Below are positions 42,008-52,403 of a DNA stretch of 64,000 nt, in pieces. The notes under the pieces were generated by a model. It was not told where the DNA came from. It did not search any database and was given only the letters and a program-made list of their open reading frames with translations. Both the position numbers and the translations under genes were made by a program. The stretch is from Myxococcales bacterium (GTDB lineage: Bacteria; Myxococcota_A; Polyangia; Polyangiales; DASUME01): assembly GCA_047601445.1 (NCBI GenBank), contig JASGJH010000001.1, forward strand, positions 4,512,001 to 4,576,000, read 5' to 3'. The stretch's first letter is position 1. The number at the start of each line of letters is the position of its first letter.

Positions 42008-44053
42008 TGCACGCGCTGCGACGCTCTCCAGGACGGGGAACCTGGCTGCTTGCAGTCGTAGCGTGGTTGGCGCTGCTGGGCGCCTGTCGCCCGGGGGAAT
42101 CACGGCATCATGTTCGGATACGCCTTCCCCCTGGGCCGACCGTCGATCCACTCGCTATCCGGTTCCAACCGATGGGTCACGTGTTTCAGGCGCGGCTTGA
42201 TCGACAGGGAAACCTCGATCTCGAGAGTGATGGACGCCAGCTCGTCGTGCTGATCCCCGAGCACTGCCCGGTCCATGTTCCCAAGCACGAGGACCGGCCT
42301 GCGATCGAAGTCGAGGCGCGCTCCCTGTTGAGCCTCGGCGACGAGCACCGGGCCCAGATCGGATTCGACACGGTGTTCGAGCTGCGCGCCGAGCGCCCGT
42401 GCCGGGAAATGATTTCGTCGACCGTCACGTGGACACAGCTCGAAGGTCCCGCCCTGCTCGACGTCCGGATCTCCGAGGATGGCAGCACCTACCGTGCGCG
42501 TACTCGCCCGTGGTCGGATCTGCTGGGTCCGACCCTGCCGCGCGGAATCGTTCCAACCTCGCCACGAACACAGGGACGTTACGTATTGGAGGCTCGCGCG
42601 AGCACCCCGGACGGTCGCTCGGTTCGACGCAGGATCACGCTGACCTCCATCGCACGTGCCACTGGACTTCCGAGCCTATCCGTGGGCCAGGAGGTGCTGC
42701 TCGGGGGCGCGGGATGGCACTTCGAACATCGCCCCAAGGGGGCTCTCTTGACGTTCGATGCCGAGCGTGGACTGACGACTTTCCGTGCCGACCTACCCGG
42801 GAAATATCAGCTCGCCGACGCTGCCGGCCGAGCGCTCGAGATCCACGCGACAACGTACGAACGCACCCCCTTCGATTGCGCGCGCTCGGAGTGTCACGCA
42901 CGCGAATCAAGCCTTGCTCGTGACACCGCGATGAGCCACGCGTACGAGCTCGCCAAGCACTCGAGGGCCTATCGAGGTGCGGTCTCTGGGTGTGGGCTCG
43001 ACTGTCATGTAGTCGGCGAGGCGGGACTGCGTGACGGCGGCTTTCGCGATGTCGCTCGTGCGCTGAGCTTCCGAGCCCTCGATGGCCCCCCGTTCTCCGA
43101 CTTGCCTCATGCTTTGCAGCGCCTGGGCGGTGTTCGTTGCATGAGTTGTCATGGTCCCGGAGCCGTGCCGCCGCCGTCGGGGCGAGCACGTGTTCTGCGG
43201 ACAGACGTCTGTGCAACATGTCACGACGCCCCACCGGCCTATTCCCACGTGGTGGAATGGCAGAGCTCGGCCATGGCGCGCAGCGACGCGAACGCCGCCA
43301 CGCGCGACGACGCGCGTTGCGCTCGCTGCCACACCACCGGAGGCTTTCTCCACGACATCGGCGTGAGGACGCGGTCGGACCTCTCACGCGACGTCGACGG
43401 CGCCGTGGTTGGGATTAGCTGCGCAGCGTGCCACGCACCTCACGGCTCCCATCTCGACCAGCTCGTAAGGCTCACGGAGCTCCCCCACGCGTTGTCCGGC
43501 ACGAGGCCCGATGTCGCCACGTCCACCAGCTCCATCTGCCTCCCGTGCCACGCACCGTTTGACACCGAGACCCTGCCGTCGGCGTCCCAGGCGGTCTTGG
43601 CACAGGGACGAGTCCGCTTACCTTCGAGCCTGGGCGGCGCAGGAGATCATCGGGAGGGCCCCCCATGCGAGCGGCGGGTGTCTATCCTGCCACGGCAAGT
43701 CGCAGGGCAACGCGCGTGTGGTTCACGACTTCGGGATCGCAACGGACCTGTGTTCGACCTGCCATGAACTCAAGGCGAACCAAGAGACCTCCAGTAGGGA
43801 CGTCCAGCTCCGGAGCAGGCGGATCGTGGAACAGGCGCTCCGACGCTGCGGCGTGCGGCTAGAGGGAGCCGCCGAGCACGTGCTCCACGCTCGGCAACTT
43901 CCGCCGGGTTGCTTCGAGCCAGGGCTCGCGCGCGCTCTCTACCTGGGTCTACTGGTTCACGAAGATGGCGCAGCAAGCAGCCACAATCTGGGCTTCGCGC
44001 TGCAACTCCTCGAGCTGGCCGAGCGCGCCCTGGGCGATCGGCCACGGCGTTGA
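42004..44053 (+). CDS. Multiheme cytochrome c lipoprotein (7 CxxCH + CX3CH + CX4CH); +1 frameshift at ~43640-43664
   Basis: LGAC lipobox; CARSECH, CGLDCH, CMSCH, CATCH, CARCH, CAACH, CLPCH, then CLSCH and CSTCH in the +1 frame; C-terminal EDGAASSHN...LL. Confidence 0.8.
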
Positions 44054-44074
44054 GCTACTCCGCGCTCCGACGTC

Positions 44075-44461
44075 CTAGGCGACGACAGCTCTCGATACCC
44101 ACTCCGAAACCCGCTCCACAAAGAGCGCATCATCATCGGTCTTCTCGATACTTCCGTCGGCCCCGGCGTTCTGAACGATGCGCGCGACTTCCTCACGGTC
44201 GTGGGCCGAGTGCAGCACTACGTGGGCGTTGCACGCGGCCCGGTACTGCTGGACGACCTCGGGCAAGCGGGCCTCGGTGAGGCCGGGCATGCGGAGGTCG
44301 AGCAGGATGAGCGCGGGTTGGAAGGTCTTGAGTGCGGTGTCGAGGTCGAAGGGCGTGTGGCTCGCCTCGACTTCGAAGCCGTGGCTGTCGAGGATGAGCG
44401 TGATGAGCTCGCGGGCGATCTCGCTGTCGTCGATCACGAATACGCGATGGGGGCTGGTCAT
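44075..44461 (-). CDS. Single-domain response regulator (CheY-like)
   Basis: VFVIDDS, LLDLRMP, HSA, IEK; ATGA overlap with cheR. Confidence 0.9.
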   Translation of the reverse strand: MTSPHRVFVIDDSEIARELITLILDSHGFEVEASHTPFDLDTALKTFQPALILLDLRMPGLTEARLPEVVQQYRAACNAHVVLHSAHDREEVARIVQNAGADGSIEKTDDDALFVERVSEWVSRAVVA

Positions 44462-45810
44462 AGGATGCCTTTTCTGGTGCTCTTGAGCCGCGACCGACAT
44501 ACGGCCAAGGCCTGCTCACGGTTGTAACAAAGGGGTTCGATCCCGGTGGTGTCGGAGACCAACGCGGGCTCGGGCTCGATGCGGATCAACAGGTTTTCTG
44601 CGCGAGACAAGGACGCGCGTTGCTCGAGCCTGCGTTCCTCGCGCGCGTGAATGCCCGCCATCAGATACTCGGCGGACCACAGCTGAGGCTCGAGGAACAG
44701 AGCGCTGCGCAAGCTGGCCTTGGCTTCGCCGAAGAGGCCTTGCTTGAGCTGGACGATCGCCGTGAGCAGGTAGGGCTCGAACGCGAGGCCATCGAGCCGG
44801 ATGGCGTCCGCGTACTGGTCGAGCGCGGAGAAGAACGAGTGCTCACGCAGCATGCGGTTGCCGGCGTCGAGCAGGGGCTTGATGTTGGTGCGGGTATGCT
44901 CGGGGAAGCCTTCCGGCGGGATGGATGCGGGAGCCGGCGGGACGGTGGACACGCGACGCACGACGGACGCATACGCTGCCGCCAAATCCGCGTTGTTGTC
45001 GCCCGCTGACTTCGGCTTGGCCTCGCGCACGAACACGAAGGCGCCGGCGAGTTGACGGGGCTTGAGCTTGGTCTCCATGAGGCCGCGCAAGGACTCGCCA
45101 GAGGCCAACACGAGCGCCCCCTCGTCCGGGAGCACCGACTCGAAGCGCTCGAGGGTGCGCCCGCGCGCGGCGAGGTCGAAGTAGATGAGCACGTTGCGAC
45201 ACACGATGGCGTCCCACAAGCGATCGGTTTTTTCGGGCACGAGCGGCGAGGCAGTGGCCAGGTTGTGCACGCAGAAGCTCACGGCCTTGCGGATGCGCGG
45301 CGCCACCTCGAAACCATCCTTCACGGCCACGAAACAGCCGGCCCGCTCCTCGGGCGCGACGTGACGCAAGGGCCACTCGCTGTACACGGCGCGCCGTGCG
45401 CGCTCTACGGCCTCCGCGTTGACGTCGCTGGCGAGGATCTGCAGTGGCACCCCGAGGCGCGCACCCAGCATCGCGAGGGTGTACGCTTCCTCGCCGCTCG
45501 AGCAGCCTGCCGACCACACGTGCAGGGTGCGGCGCAGCTCGCGGAAGCGCCGGAGCAACCACTCTTCGACCGCCTGCAGCTGAGGGCGATCCCGCATGAA
45601 GTAGGTCTGGCCGTTGGTGACGACCGAGATGGCAGCTCGCACCGGCACCGCGCTCGGTTCGGCTTCGCGCAAGGCTGCGAGCCACGGGTCGAGCCGCTCC
45701 GCCTCCGCCTGTCGCTGTGCCAACGCCTCGATGCGTCCCAGGGCCGGCTCGTCGAGCTGCAGCCCGAAGCGGTCGCGGAAGAGCGCGTGCAGCCGGTCTC
45801 GCAGCATCAC
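44458..45810 (-). CDS. cheR: CheR methyltransferase with C-terminal TPR
   Basis: TNGQTYFMRD, WSAGCSSGEEAYTLAM, CRNVLIYFD; TPR ...LRSALFLEPQL. Confidence 0.93.
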   Translation of the reverse strand: MMLRDRLHALFRDRFGLQLDEPALGRIEALAQRQAEAERLDPWLAALREAEPSAVPVRAAISVVTNGQTYFMRDRPQLQAVEEWLLRRFRELRRTLHVWSAGCSSGEEAYTLAMLGARLGVPLQILASDVNAEAVERARRAVYSEWPLRHVAPEERAGCFVAVKDGFEVAPRIRKAVSFCVHNLATASPLVPEKTDRLWDAIVCRNVLIYFDLAARGRTLERFESVLPDEGALVLASGESLRGLMETKLKPRQLAGAFVFVREAKPKSAGDNNADLAAAYASVVRRVSTVPPAPASIPPEGFPEHTRTNIKPLLDAGNRMLREHSFFSALDQYADAIRLDGLAFEPYLLTAIVQLKQGLFGEAKASLRSALFLEPQLWSAEYLMAGIHAREERRLEQRASLSRAENLLIRIEPEPALVSDTTGIEPLCYNREQALAVCRSRLKSTRKGIL

Positions 45811-46895
45811 AGCGCGACCCCGGTAGAGCCCGTTTGGGCCAGCTTCAGTAGCTCGTGCACGATGCCTTGAGGAGACAACACTCGCTTGGTCGCACCGAGC
45901 GCGAGGGCGGCGTTGGGCATGCCCGCCACCGTGGAAGAAGCTTCGTCCTGCACGAAGGTGAAACCTTGCATGCGGTGGATCTCGAGCAATCCCTGCGCGC
46001 CGTCTTCACCCATGCCGGTAAGGACACCACCTATCGCCTGTCGTCCGAATGCGCGCGCCATCGACTGCAGCATCATGGTTCCCGAAGGTCGATGCCCGTG
46101 CAACGGGGGACTCGCCTCGAGCCTCAGGGTGAGCCGGCCTTCGAAGAGCACGTGGGCACGGTCGGGCGCGATGACCACGAGGCCCGGTCGGAGCAGCATG
46201 CGGTCGCGGGCCACCTCGACAGTGAGCGCCGTATTTTGTCCGAGCCAGCTTGCAAAACGGCCACAGAAGCCGTCGGACAGGTGCTGCACGATCACGATGG
46301 CAAACGGGAATTCGGCCGGTAGCCCGCGCAGAATCTTGGCCAACACGGGCGGCCCACCCGTGGACGACACGAGCCCCAACGCGCGCAAGTTGGACGGGCC
46401 CACCGGCTGCGGCGGCGCGGGCAGCGGCTTCTTGGCGTCTTGCTTGAGACGCGTGGGCACGAGCTCGGTGGTGGCGTCGGCGCGGCGTCGCACCACGGGG
46501 ATGCGAGAAAGCGCGTGCAAGCGCTGCCGCAAGTCTTCTTGCTCCGCGGGCGTGCCCGCCCATGACGTGGGCTTGGGCACCAGATCGAGCGCGCCCCGTC
46601 GCAAGGCCTCGAAGCTGAGCTCGCCGGTCTTGCCCGCTGGATCGGCCGTCATCACCAGGATCGGCGTGGGGCGTCGCGACATGATCGCCTCGATGGCCTG
46701 CAAGCCATCCATGGCGGGCATGCGCACATCGAGCAAGATCACGTCGGGCCGCGCGGTCTCGGCCATGCGCACGGCCTCGCGTCCATCGCGCGCCACGCCA
46801 CACACCTCGAACGAACGATCGCTCTCCAGGATCTCCACGATGGTCTCGGCAAAGAGCTCCGAGTCCTCGGCCACCAATACGCGCACCGGCTTCAC
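45807..46895 (-). CDS. cheB: CheB protein-glutamate methylesterase with REC domain
   Basis: REC (LLDVRMP); SSTGGP, VQHL, LTGMGEDG triad motifs. Confidence 0.95.
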   Translation of the reverse strand: MKPVRVLVAEDSELFAETIVEILESDRSFEVCGVARDGREAVRMAETARPDVILLDVRMPAMDGLQAIEAIMSRRPTPILVMTADPAGKTGELSFEALRRGALDLVPKPTSWAGTPAEQEDLRQRLHALSRIPVVRRRADATTELVPTRLKQDAKKPLPAPPQPVGPSNLRALGLVSSTGGPPVLAKILRGLPAEFPFAIVIVQHLSDGFCGRFASWLGQNTALTVEVARDRMLLRPGLVVIAPDRAHVLFEGRLTLRLEASPPLHGHRPSGTMMLQSMARAFGRQAIGGVLTGMGEDGAQGLLEIHRMQGFTFVQDEASSTVAGMPNAALALGATKRVLSPQGIVHELLKLAQTGSTGVAL

Positions 46896-49222
46896 GACTG
46901 CACCTCGGCCTTGAGGAAGCGCCGTACCGTGCTGATCAGCTCGTCTTCGTCGAAGTTACCCTTCACCAGGTAGGCGCTCGCACCGAGCTCGGCACCCTTG
47001 CGCTTGTCGGTCTCGGAGCCGCGCGTCGTGAACATGATGACCGGCAAGTCCGCAAACTCCTTGGTGCGACGGATCTCGCCCAGCAGACCGAAGCCGTCGA
47101 GCAAGGGCATCTCGAGGTCGGACAACACGACGGATGGCCGCACCGCGCGCAGGCGCTCGAGGGCCTCGCGACCATTCACAGCCTCCACCACGTCGAGTCC
47201 CTCGTTGCGCAGAATCGACGCGATCAACTCGCGGGTGACCTCGGAATCGTCGACCACCAACACCGAATCACGGAAGCGATGGGCACGCGAACCGTCTGGG
47301 TTCACGGCGGCCGCCGTGTGATTTTGCTCGAGCAAGTCCACCAGGCGATCGACGCTCAAGAGCAGCACCGCGCTGCCGGCCTCGGTGATGGCGACGCCTT
47401 CCAGCAGCGAATGTTCCGCGATGAAGAGCCCGGCAGGACGCTGCAACACGTGCTTCTGCCCCAGCACGACGTCCACCAAGAACGCCGCCACGCGTCCCGA
47501 CGACGAGACCACGATGGCGCTGCGCTCGCCGCTGACCTCGGACGCCACGCCGAGCGCTGTCGCGAGGTCGGCCAGCGGAATGCGTTGTCCCTCTACCTTC
47601 ACCACGTGGCGCTGGCCGACGCTCTCGATCTGGCTCGGCGAGATGCGCAACACCCGGTCCACGCGCTGGGCGCCGATGGCGAACTCCTGCTCGCCCACGC
47701 GGGCCACCAACACGGGCTTCAACAGCAGCGAACCGGGAACCACGAGAACGAAGCGCGTGCCCTTGCCCGGCTCGCTCTCCACGCGCACGCTGCCGCCGAG
47801 ATCGCTCAGCGTACGCGCCACCGCGTCGAGCCCCACGCCGCGCCCCGAGATGTCGGTGGCCGCGTCGCGGGTGGAGAAACCAGGGCGGAAGATCAGCCGG
47901 ATCAAGGCCTCCTCGGGCAAGGTCTCCGCCTGCTCGGGCGACACGATGCCGTTACGCAGCGCGCGCTCGCGCACCGCCTTCAGATCCACACCGCCGCCAT
48001 CGTCCTCGACGGTGACCTGAATCGTGTTGGCGACCTGCTCGGCGCTCAGGCGCAGGGTTGCCGTGGCGGGCTTTCCGAGCGCCTCACGCGCGGCGGGTGT
48101 CTCCATGCCGTGGTCGATGGCGTTGCGTACCAGGTGCAGCAAGGGCTCGCCGAGCCGCTCGAGCACGCGACCATCCACGTAGACCTCGGCATCGCGCACC
48201 TCGACACGCACGCGCTTGCCCTGGGCCACCGCCAGGTCGCGCGCTGCGCGCGGAAAGCGTTCGAACAGCACGGCGATGGGCTGGAGGCGCAAGTTGCGCA
48301 GTCGCGCCTGCAGCTCGTCCTGGGCGATGCCCGACTGAAACAGTCTGTCGCGGGCCTGGGCGATTTCCTTGCGCGCCTCGCGCCGGTTTCCGATCCACTC
48401 GCGGGCTTGCTGTCCCAGCTGCGTCAACACTTGCTCGAGCGAATCGCGCGCGATGCGGCTCGGGTCTCCCACGCGGCCGAGCAGCGCTTCGACGCCTTCC
48501 AGCTCACGGTGCAAGGCATCGATTCGCCGCTGCAGCGCAGCGACCGAGCGCTCGAGGGTCTGATGGTTCAGGAGTAACTGGGCGCTTACCTTGCCGAGCT
48601 CGTCGAGCTTGACCGGGTCGATGCGCATGTGGGCTGCCGAGCGGAACAGCCACTCGGTCTCGGCATTGGCGGCTGGTCGCGACTCTTCGCCGGCGGGCGC
48701 CGCCACTTGAACCTGGATCTGCGCGTGAACGGGAGCCGTAGCTGGCGTTTGGGCAGGTTCTAGCCGCGCGGGCTGAGCCGCGGGCGGACGCAGCGAAGCA
48801 CGGTCCCCCGTCTCCCCACGCTGGAGCCGCGTCACCACGTTCGAGAGCTTCTGCTTCAGCTCTTCCACATCCGGACGCGAGGCCGCCGCACCCTGCTCGA
48901 TCTCCACCAAGTGCCGCATGGCGTCGAAGCCCTTGAGGATGTACTCGATGGACCACAGCGACTGCCCGAAGCCCGCCGCATGGGCCGCCAGGATGACCTC
49001 TTCGGTCTCGTGGGCCACTGCGTTGATCTCGGCGAGCTGCATGAGCTTGGCTTCGCCCTTGAGCGTGTGGATCTCGCGCATCAACTCGTCCGCGAGCCCA
49101 TTGTCCGTGGGCCGGCTCTCGAGCGCCAAGAGGACATTGCCGAGCGCCCCGAGGCGCTCCGAAGCCCGCACCAAGAAACGCGCGCGCATCTGGGCGCGTG
49201 CCTGACTCACACGATCACTCAA
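46892..49222 (-). CDS. cheA: Hybrid CheA (Hpt-dimerisation-HATPase-CheW-REC)
   Basis: HTLKGEA, HLVRNAIDHG, DDGGG, GFST, SGRGVGLD, C-terminal REC SDLEMP; start probably TTG 49222, overlapping the upstream stop. Confidence 0.95.
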   Translation of the reverse strand: MSDRVSQARAQMRARFLVRASERLGALGNVLLALESRPTDNGLADELMREIHTLKGEAKLMQLAEINAVAHETEEVILAAHAAGFGQSLWSIEYILKGFDAMRHLVEIEQGAAASRPDVEELKQKLSNVVTRLQRGETGDRASLRPPAAQPARLEPAQTPATAPVHAQIQVQVAAPAGEESRPAANAETEWLFRSAAHMRIDPVKLDELGKVSAQLLLNHQTLERSVAALQRRIDALHRELEGVEALLGRVGDPSRIARDSLEQVLTQLGQQAREWIGNRREARKEIAQARDRLFQSGIAQDELQARLRNLRLQPIAVLFERFPRAARDLAVAQGKRVRVEVRDAEVYVDGRVLERLGEPLLHLVRNAIDHGMETPAAREALGKPATATLRLSAEQVANTIQVTVEDDGGGVDLKAVRERALRNGIVSPEQAETLPEEALIRLIFRPGFSTRDAATDISGRGVGLDAVARTLSDLGGSVRVESEPGKGTRFVLVVPGSLLLKPVLVARVGEQEFAIGAQRVDRVLRISPSQIESVGQRHVVKVEGQRIPLADLATALGVASEVSGERSAIVVSSSGRVAAFLVDVVLGQKHVLQRPAGLFIAEHSLLEGVAITEAGSAVLLLSVDRLVDLLEQNHTAAAVNPDGSRAHRFRDSVLVVDDSEVTRELIASILRNEGLDVVEAVNGREALERLRAVRPSVVLSDLEMPLLDGFGLLGEIRRTKEFADLPVIMFTTRGSETDKRKGAELGASAYLVKGNFDEDELISTVRRFLKAEVQS

Positions 49223-49674
49223 GGTACTGCTCCGACGGAAGAAAGACCGGGCGCGTCGAGCAACGCGTCCAGGTTCAGTACGAACACGTAGCCTCGCGGC
49301 CACGCCATGTAACCGCGCAGACACGCGGAGCGCTCGAGCCCCGCGAGGAAGCTGGGCAGCGGCGCGAGCCTGCCCTGGAACTCACGCACCAGCACCTCGG
49401 CGCCAACCAGCACCGTGTGTGCGTTGCCCAGGTGCCTGAGCACGAGGCCGCGCCTGCGCTCGCCCCGGATCCAGTTGAGGCCGTAGCGTGCGGCCAGATC
49501 GACGGCGCGCTCGGGTTCCTGCCCGGCGGTGAAGTCGAAGATGGACTCCACGCTGGCCGAATCGAAGGCCAAGACGACGCTGCCGAGTGGACAGCACGCG
49601 AGAACGCGGGTCGTGCGCTCGGACGCGTGCCCCTTCGAAGAAGTGGCCCCCGGCTTCTTGAAAAGCTCCTTCAC
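49219..49674 (-). CDS. Divergent CheW-like protein
   Basis: LAFDSASVESI...VDLAARYGL...VLNLDALL; located directly upstream of cheA. Confidence 0.65.
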   Translation of the reverse strand: MKELFKKPGATSSKGHASERTTRVLACCPLGSVVLAFDSASVESIFDFTAGQEPERAVDLAARYGLNWIRGERRRGLVLRHLGNAHTVLVGAEVLVREFQGRLAPLPSFLAGLERSACLRGYMAWPRGYVFVLNLDALLDAPGLSSVGAVP

Positions 49675-49783
49675 CTCACCCTCGAGAGTATCACGCCGAG
49701 CCTCGATTTCGCCCCGAAACTGCCCACAAAAGTACGTGAATTCATGTGGGCATTGCGCATAGGATTAGGGGCTCGAGGGCAGC

Positions 49784-50170
49784 ATGGACCGGCAACGAAA
49801 ACTCCTCCTGGTCGACGACTCGCCTGTGGCGTTGCTGATGGTCCAGACCCTTCTGCGTGGCAGCGGATATGTGCTGAGCGAGGCGCATGATGGAGTACAG
49901 GCGCTCGAGCGTGTCCACACCGACCCGCCGGACCTCATCGTGATGGACATGGCCATGCCCAAGCTCGACGGCGTGGGCGCCCTGAAGGCGCTCAAGTCCA
50001 GCGACAGCACACGCAGCATCCCGGTGATCATGCTCACCGCCGAGGGAAACTCCGAGGAAATCGAGCGCTGCTTCGAGGCCGGCTGCGACGCCTACGTCAC
50101 CAAGCCCATCAACGTGACCACGCTCAAGGCGCAGATCGAGGCCTTGTTCGACAGGAACGTGGCCCCGTGA
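49784..50170 (+). CDS. Single-domain response regulator
   Basis: LLVDDS, MDMAMP, IPVIMLTA, YVTKP. Confidence 0.93.
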   Translation: MDRQRKLLLVDDSPVALLMVQTLLRGSGYVLSEAHDGVQALERVHTDPPDLIVMDMAMPKLDGVGALKALKSSDSTRSIPVIMLTAEGNSEEIERCFEAGCDAYVTKPINVTTLKAQIEALFDRNVAP

Positions 50171-50535
50171 AGCGCGATTTTCAAAAGCTATTTCTGGACA
50201 CCGACGGGCCGGTGGCCGCCCAAATCCTGGAGATCCTCGAGAGTCTCAGCACGGACTCGCCGAGCGAGGAGAGCGAGCGCGCGGGCTTTCTGTGCCACCG
50301 CCTGCGCGGCGACGCGCGCACGGTGGGCTTCGCTTTGATCGGCGAGCTGGCCGGCGTGATCGAGGACGAACTCACGCGAAATCGCCGCCAAAACACCCTG
50401 GCCGACGAACGCCTGGTCCAACTGCGCTTCTTGGCCAACGAGATCAGCCGGCGCATCTCCGGGGGCCGCGCTGCCTGCCAGGAGCCGCTGTCACACGAGC
50501 TCCAGGCCATGTTGCAGCGTTACGGCCAAGACTGA
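50167..50535 (+). CDS. Stand-alone Hpt domain protein
   Basis: CHRLRGDARTVGF...LAGVIED; GTGA overlap with the REC gene. Confidence 0.8.
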   Translation: MKRDFQKLFLDTDGPVAAQILEILESLSTDSPSEESERAGFLCHRLRGDARTVGFALIGELAGVIEDELTRNRRQNTLADERLVQLRFLANEISRRISGGRAACQEPLSHELQAMLQRYGQD

Positions 50536-50600
50536 CGCGCCGGAGCTGACTGCACGAGCCGCTGGACAGCTGGGGCTTCGGCCGAAGCTGACTGCGCGAA

Positions 50601-51962
50601 CTACTTGGCGGTCTGTTCGTCGAAGCGGAAGCGCTCAATCACCGAGAGCAGCCGCTCGCTCTGGGCGGCGAGGTCCTTGGACCCCGAATGCACCTGACGC
50701 GAGCTGATGGCGGACTGCTGTCCGACCTGGCTGATGTCGTTCATCGCCGCGGACACCTGCTCGGTGCCGGCCTGATACTGCTGCATCACCATGCGGATTT
50801 CGCGGGCCGAGCGCGTGGTCTCCTGGGCCAGCTTGGTGCCCTCCTCGGTGGCGAGCACCGAGGCGCCGCTGGCGCGCCGGATGTCGGCCGTGAGTCCCTT
50901 CACGTTGACCACGGACTCCATCACGTTCTCGGCCAAGCGCTGCATCTGCGTGGCCACCAGCGAGAAGCCGCGACCGGCCTCGCCCGCCTTGGTGCCCTCC
51001 AGGGCCGCGTTCAACGCCAGGAGGTCGCTCTTGTGGGCGATGTCCCGGATGCTCTCCAGGATCTCACCGATACGCTCGGTGGTACCCGACAGGCGCGCGA
51101 TGGACTCGCCGATGACCTGGTTCTTGGCCTGGGTCTGCTCGGCGTTGCGCAGCACCACGTCGATGGCGGCGTTGACCTGATCGCCCGTGGACACCAGGGC
51201 GCCCATGGTACGTCGGGTCTCCTCCACCGCGCTGACCTGCTCGGAGGCGCCCTGCTCGTGCTGGTTGGCGGCAGCCGACATTTGGGCCGCCGCGCTGTTG
51301 ATCTGGGCGGATACCGCCACGATGTCCTGCACCAACGAGCGCATGCCGCCGCTCACGATGATGGACAGGAAGGCCAGCGTGATGAGGCAGAACAAGGCCA
51401 CGCCCATGGTGATGTTCCTGGACGAACGGTTGGCCTCGGCCGCCTGCTCGAAGGCCTCGGCGAGCGCGCGTTGATCGCTCTCGGCTCCCTTCTGCATCTG
51501 CCGCTGGATCTGCTCGAAGGTGGTGTTCGCCTGCTGCAGATTCGAGAGTACGTCCTCGGACACCGAGCCCGCGATCATGGCGGCGGTGCCCTCGAGCGAG
51601 AGCTTGTAGTAGCGGTCCACGGCCTGGGAAAGCTGCTCCAGCTCGGCCTTGTCGCGCAGCCCCGCACTCCGAATGGCCTGCAATTGGTCCTTGAGTTCGG
51701 CGTGCAGGCGCTTGGTCTCCTCGAGCCCGCCGGCGTCGGAGGCCGCGGTGGCGTCTTGGAAGGCCTTCTGCAGGCGGGAAACGAGCAGATCCGCCCGTTG
51801 CGCCGCCTGCATCGCAGCAATGTGGGTGTTCCGGATGACCTCGAGGTGCTCCATGCTCTTGGCGCCTAGCCACGGGATCACCACCAACAGGCAGATGAAC
51901 GACGCGCCGGCCACCAAGGGCGAGAGCCGATTGAGATGCCGGAACTTCAGCTTCTGGAGCAT
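50601..51962 (-). CDS. Methyl-accepting chemotaxis protein (2 TM, periplasmic helical bundle, short signalling domain)
   Basis: IAHKSDLLALNAALEGTKAGEAGRGFSLVA hairpin-tip motif. Confidence 0.95.
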   Translation of the reverse strand: MLQKLKFRHLNRLSPLVAGASFICLLVVIPWLGAKSMEHLEVIRNTHIAAMQAAQRADLLVSRLQKAFQDATAASDAGGLEETKRLHAELKDQLQAIRSAGLRDKAELEQLSQAVDRYYKLSLEGTAAMIAGSVSEDVLSNLQQANTTFEQIQRQMQKGAESDQRALAEAFEQAAEANRSSRNITMGVALFCLITLAFLSIIVSGGMRSLVQDIVAVSAQINSAAAQMSAAANQHEQGASEQVSAVEETRRTMGALVSTGDQVNAAIDVVLRNAEQTQAKNQVIGESIARLSGTTERIGEILESIRDIAHKSDLLALNAALEGTKAGEAGRGFSLVATQMQRLAENVMESVVNVKGLTADIRRASGASVLATEEGTKLAQETTRSAREIRMVMQQYQAGTEQVSAAMNDISQVGQQSAISSRQVHSGSKDLAAQSERLLSVIERFRFDEQTAK

Positions 51963-51980
51963 GACGAGATCACTTGAGCC

Positions 51981-52400
51981 TTACGAGGGCTTGCGGCACA
52001 TGGTCGAGAGCGACGGGTCGAATACCGACAGGTCGAAGCAGGTCCACCCGGTGGGGCAAACTGCGCCCGGATTATCCACCGTGCACCCCTGCTTGGTACA
52101 ATAACCGTTGGGCGCGCCCGGCATGATCGCGCAATAGGGCGCGTTGGGCATGCACTCGGCGTCCTTGGTGCACACGGTGCCGAAGCCCGTGGCATCCACG
52201 CCGCCCTGGGTGCCCGAGTCGGAACCCGCATCGGCCTGCGTGTCGTCGCCGTCGCCATCACCGTCGCCAGTATCGGGCACGCAGACCTTGTTCTCGAACT
52301 TTTCGTTGGAACTGCAGGAGTCCTCAGGGTCCTCCAGACAGCCTCCAAGCAGCGCGCCCATACACAGAACCAGTGAACCCAACTTCCCCCAACGACTCAT
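51981..52400 (-). CDS. Small Cys-rich lipoprotein
   Basis: LGGC lipobox; GD tether; FGTVCTKDAEC...CTKQGC...CPTGWTC. Confidence 0.8.
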   Translation of the reverse strand: MSRWGKLGSLVLCMGALLGGCLEDPEDSCSSNEKFENKVCVPDTGDGDGDGDDTQADAGSDSGTQGGVDATGFGTVCTKDAECMPNAPYCAIMPGAPNGYCTKQGCTVDNPGAVCPTGWTCFDLSVFDPSLSTMCRKPS

Positions 52401-52403
52401 CGA

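Noticed and set aside
49223..49324. N-terminal extension of cheA in the ORF track
   Set aside because: It overlaps the CheW-like gene; TTG at 49222 coupled to its stop is more plausible
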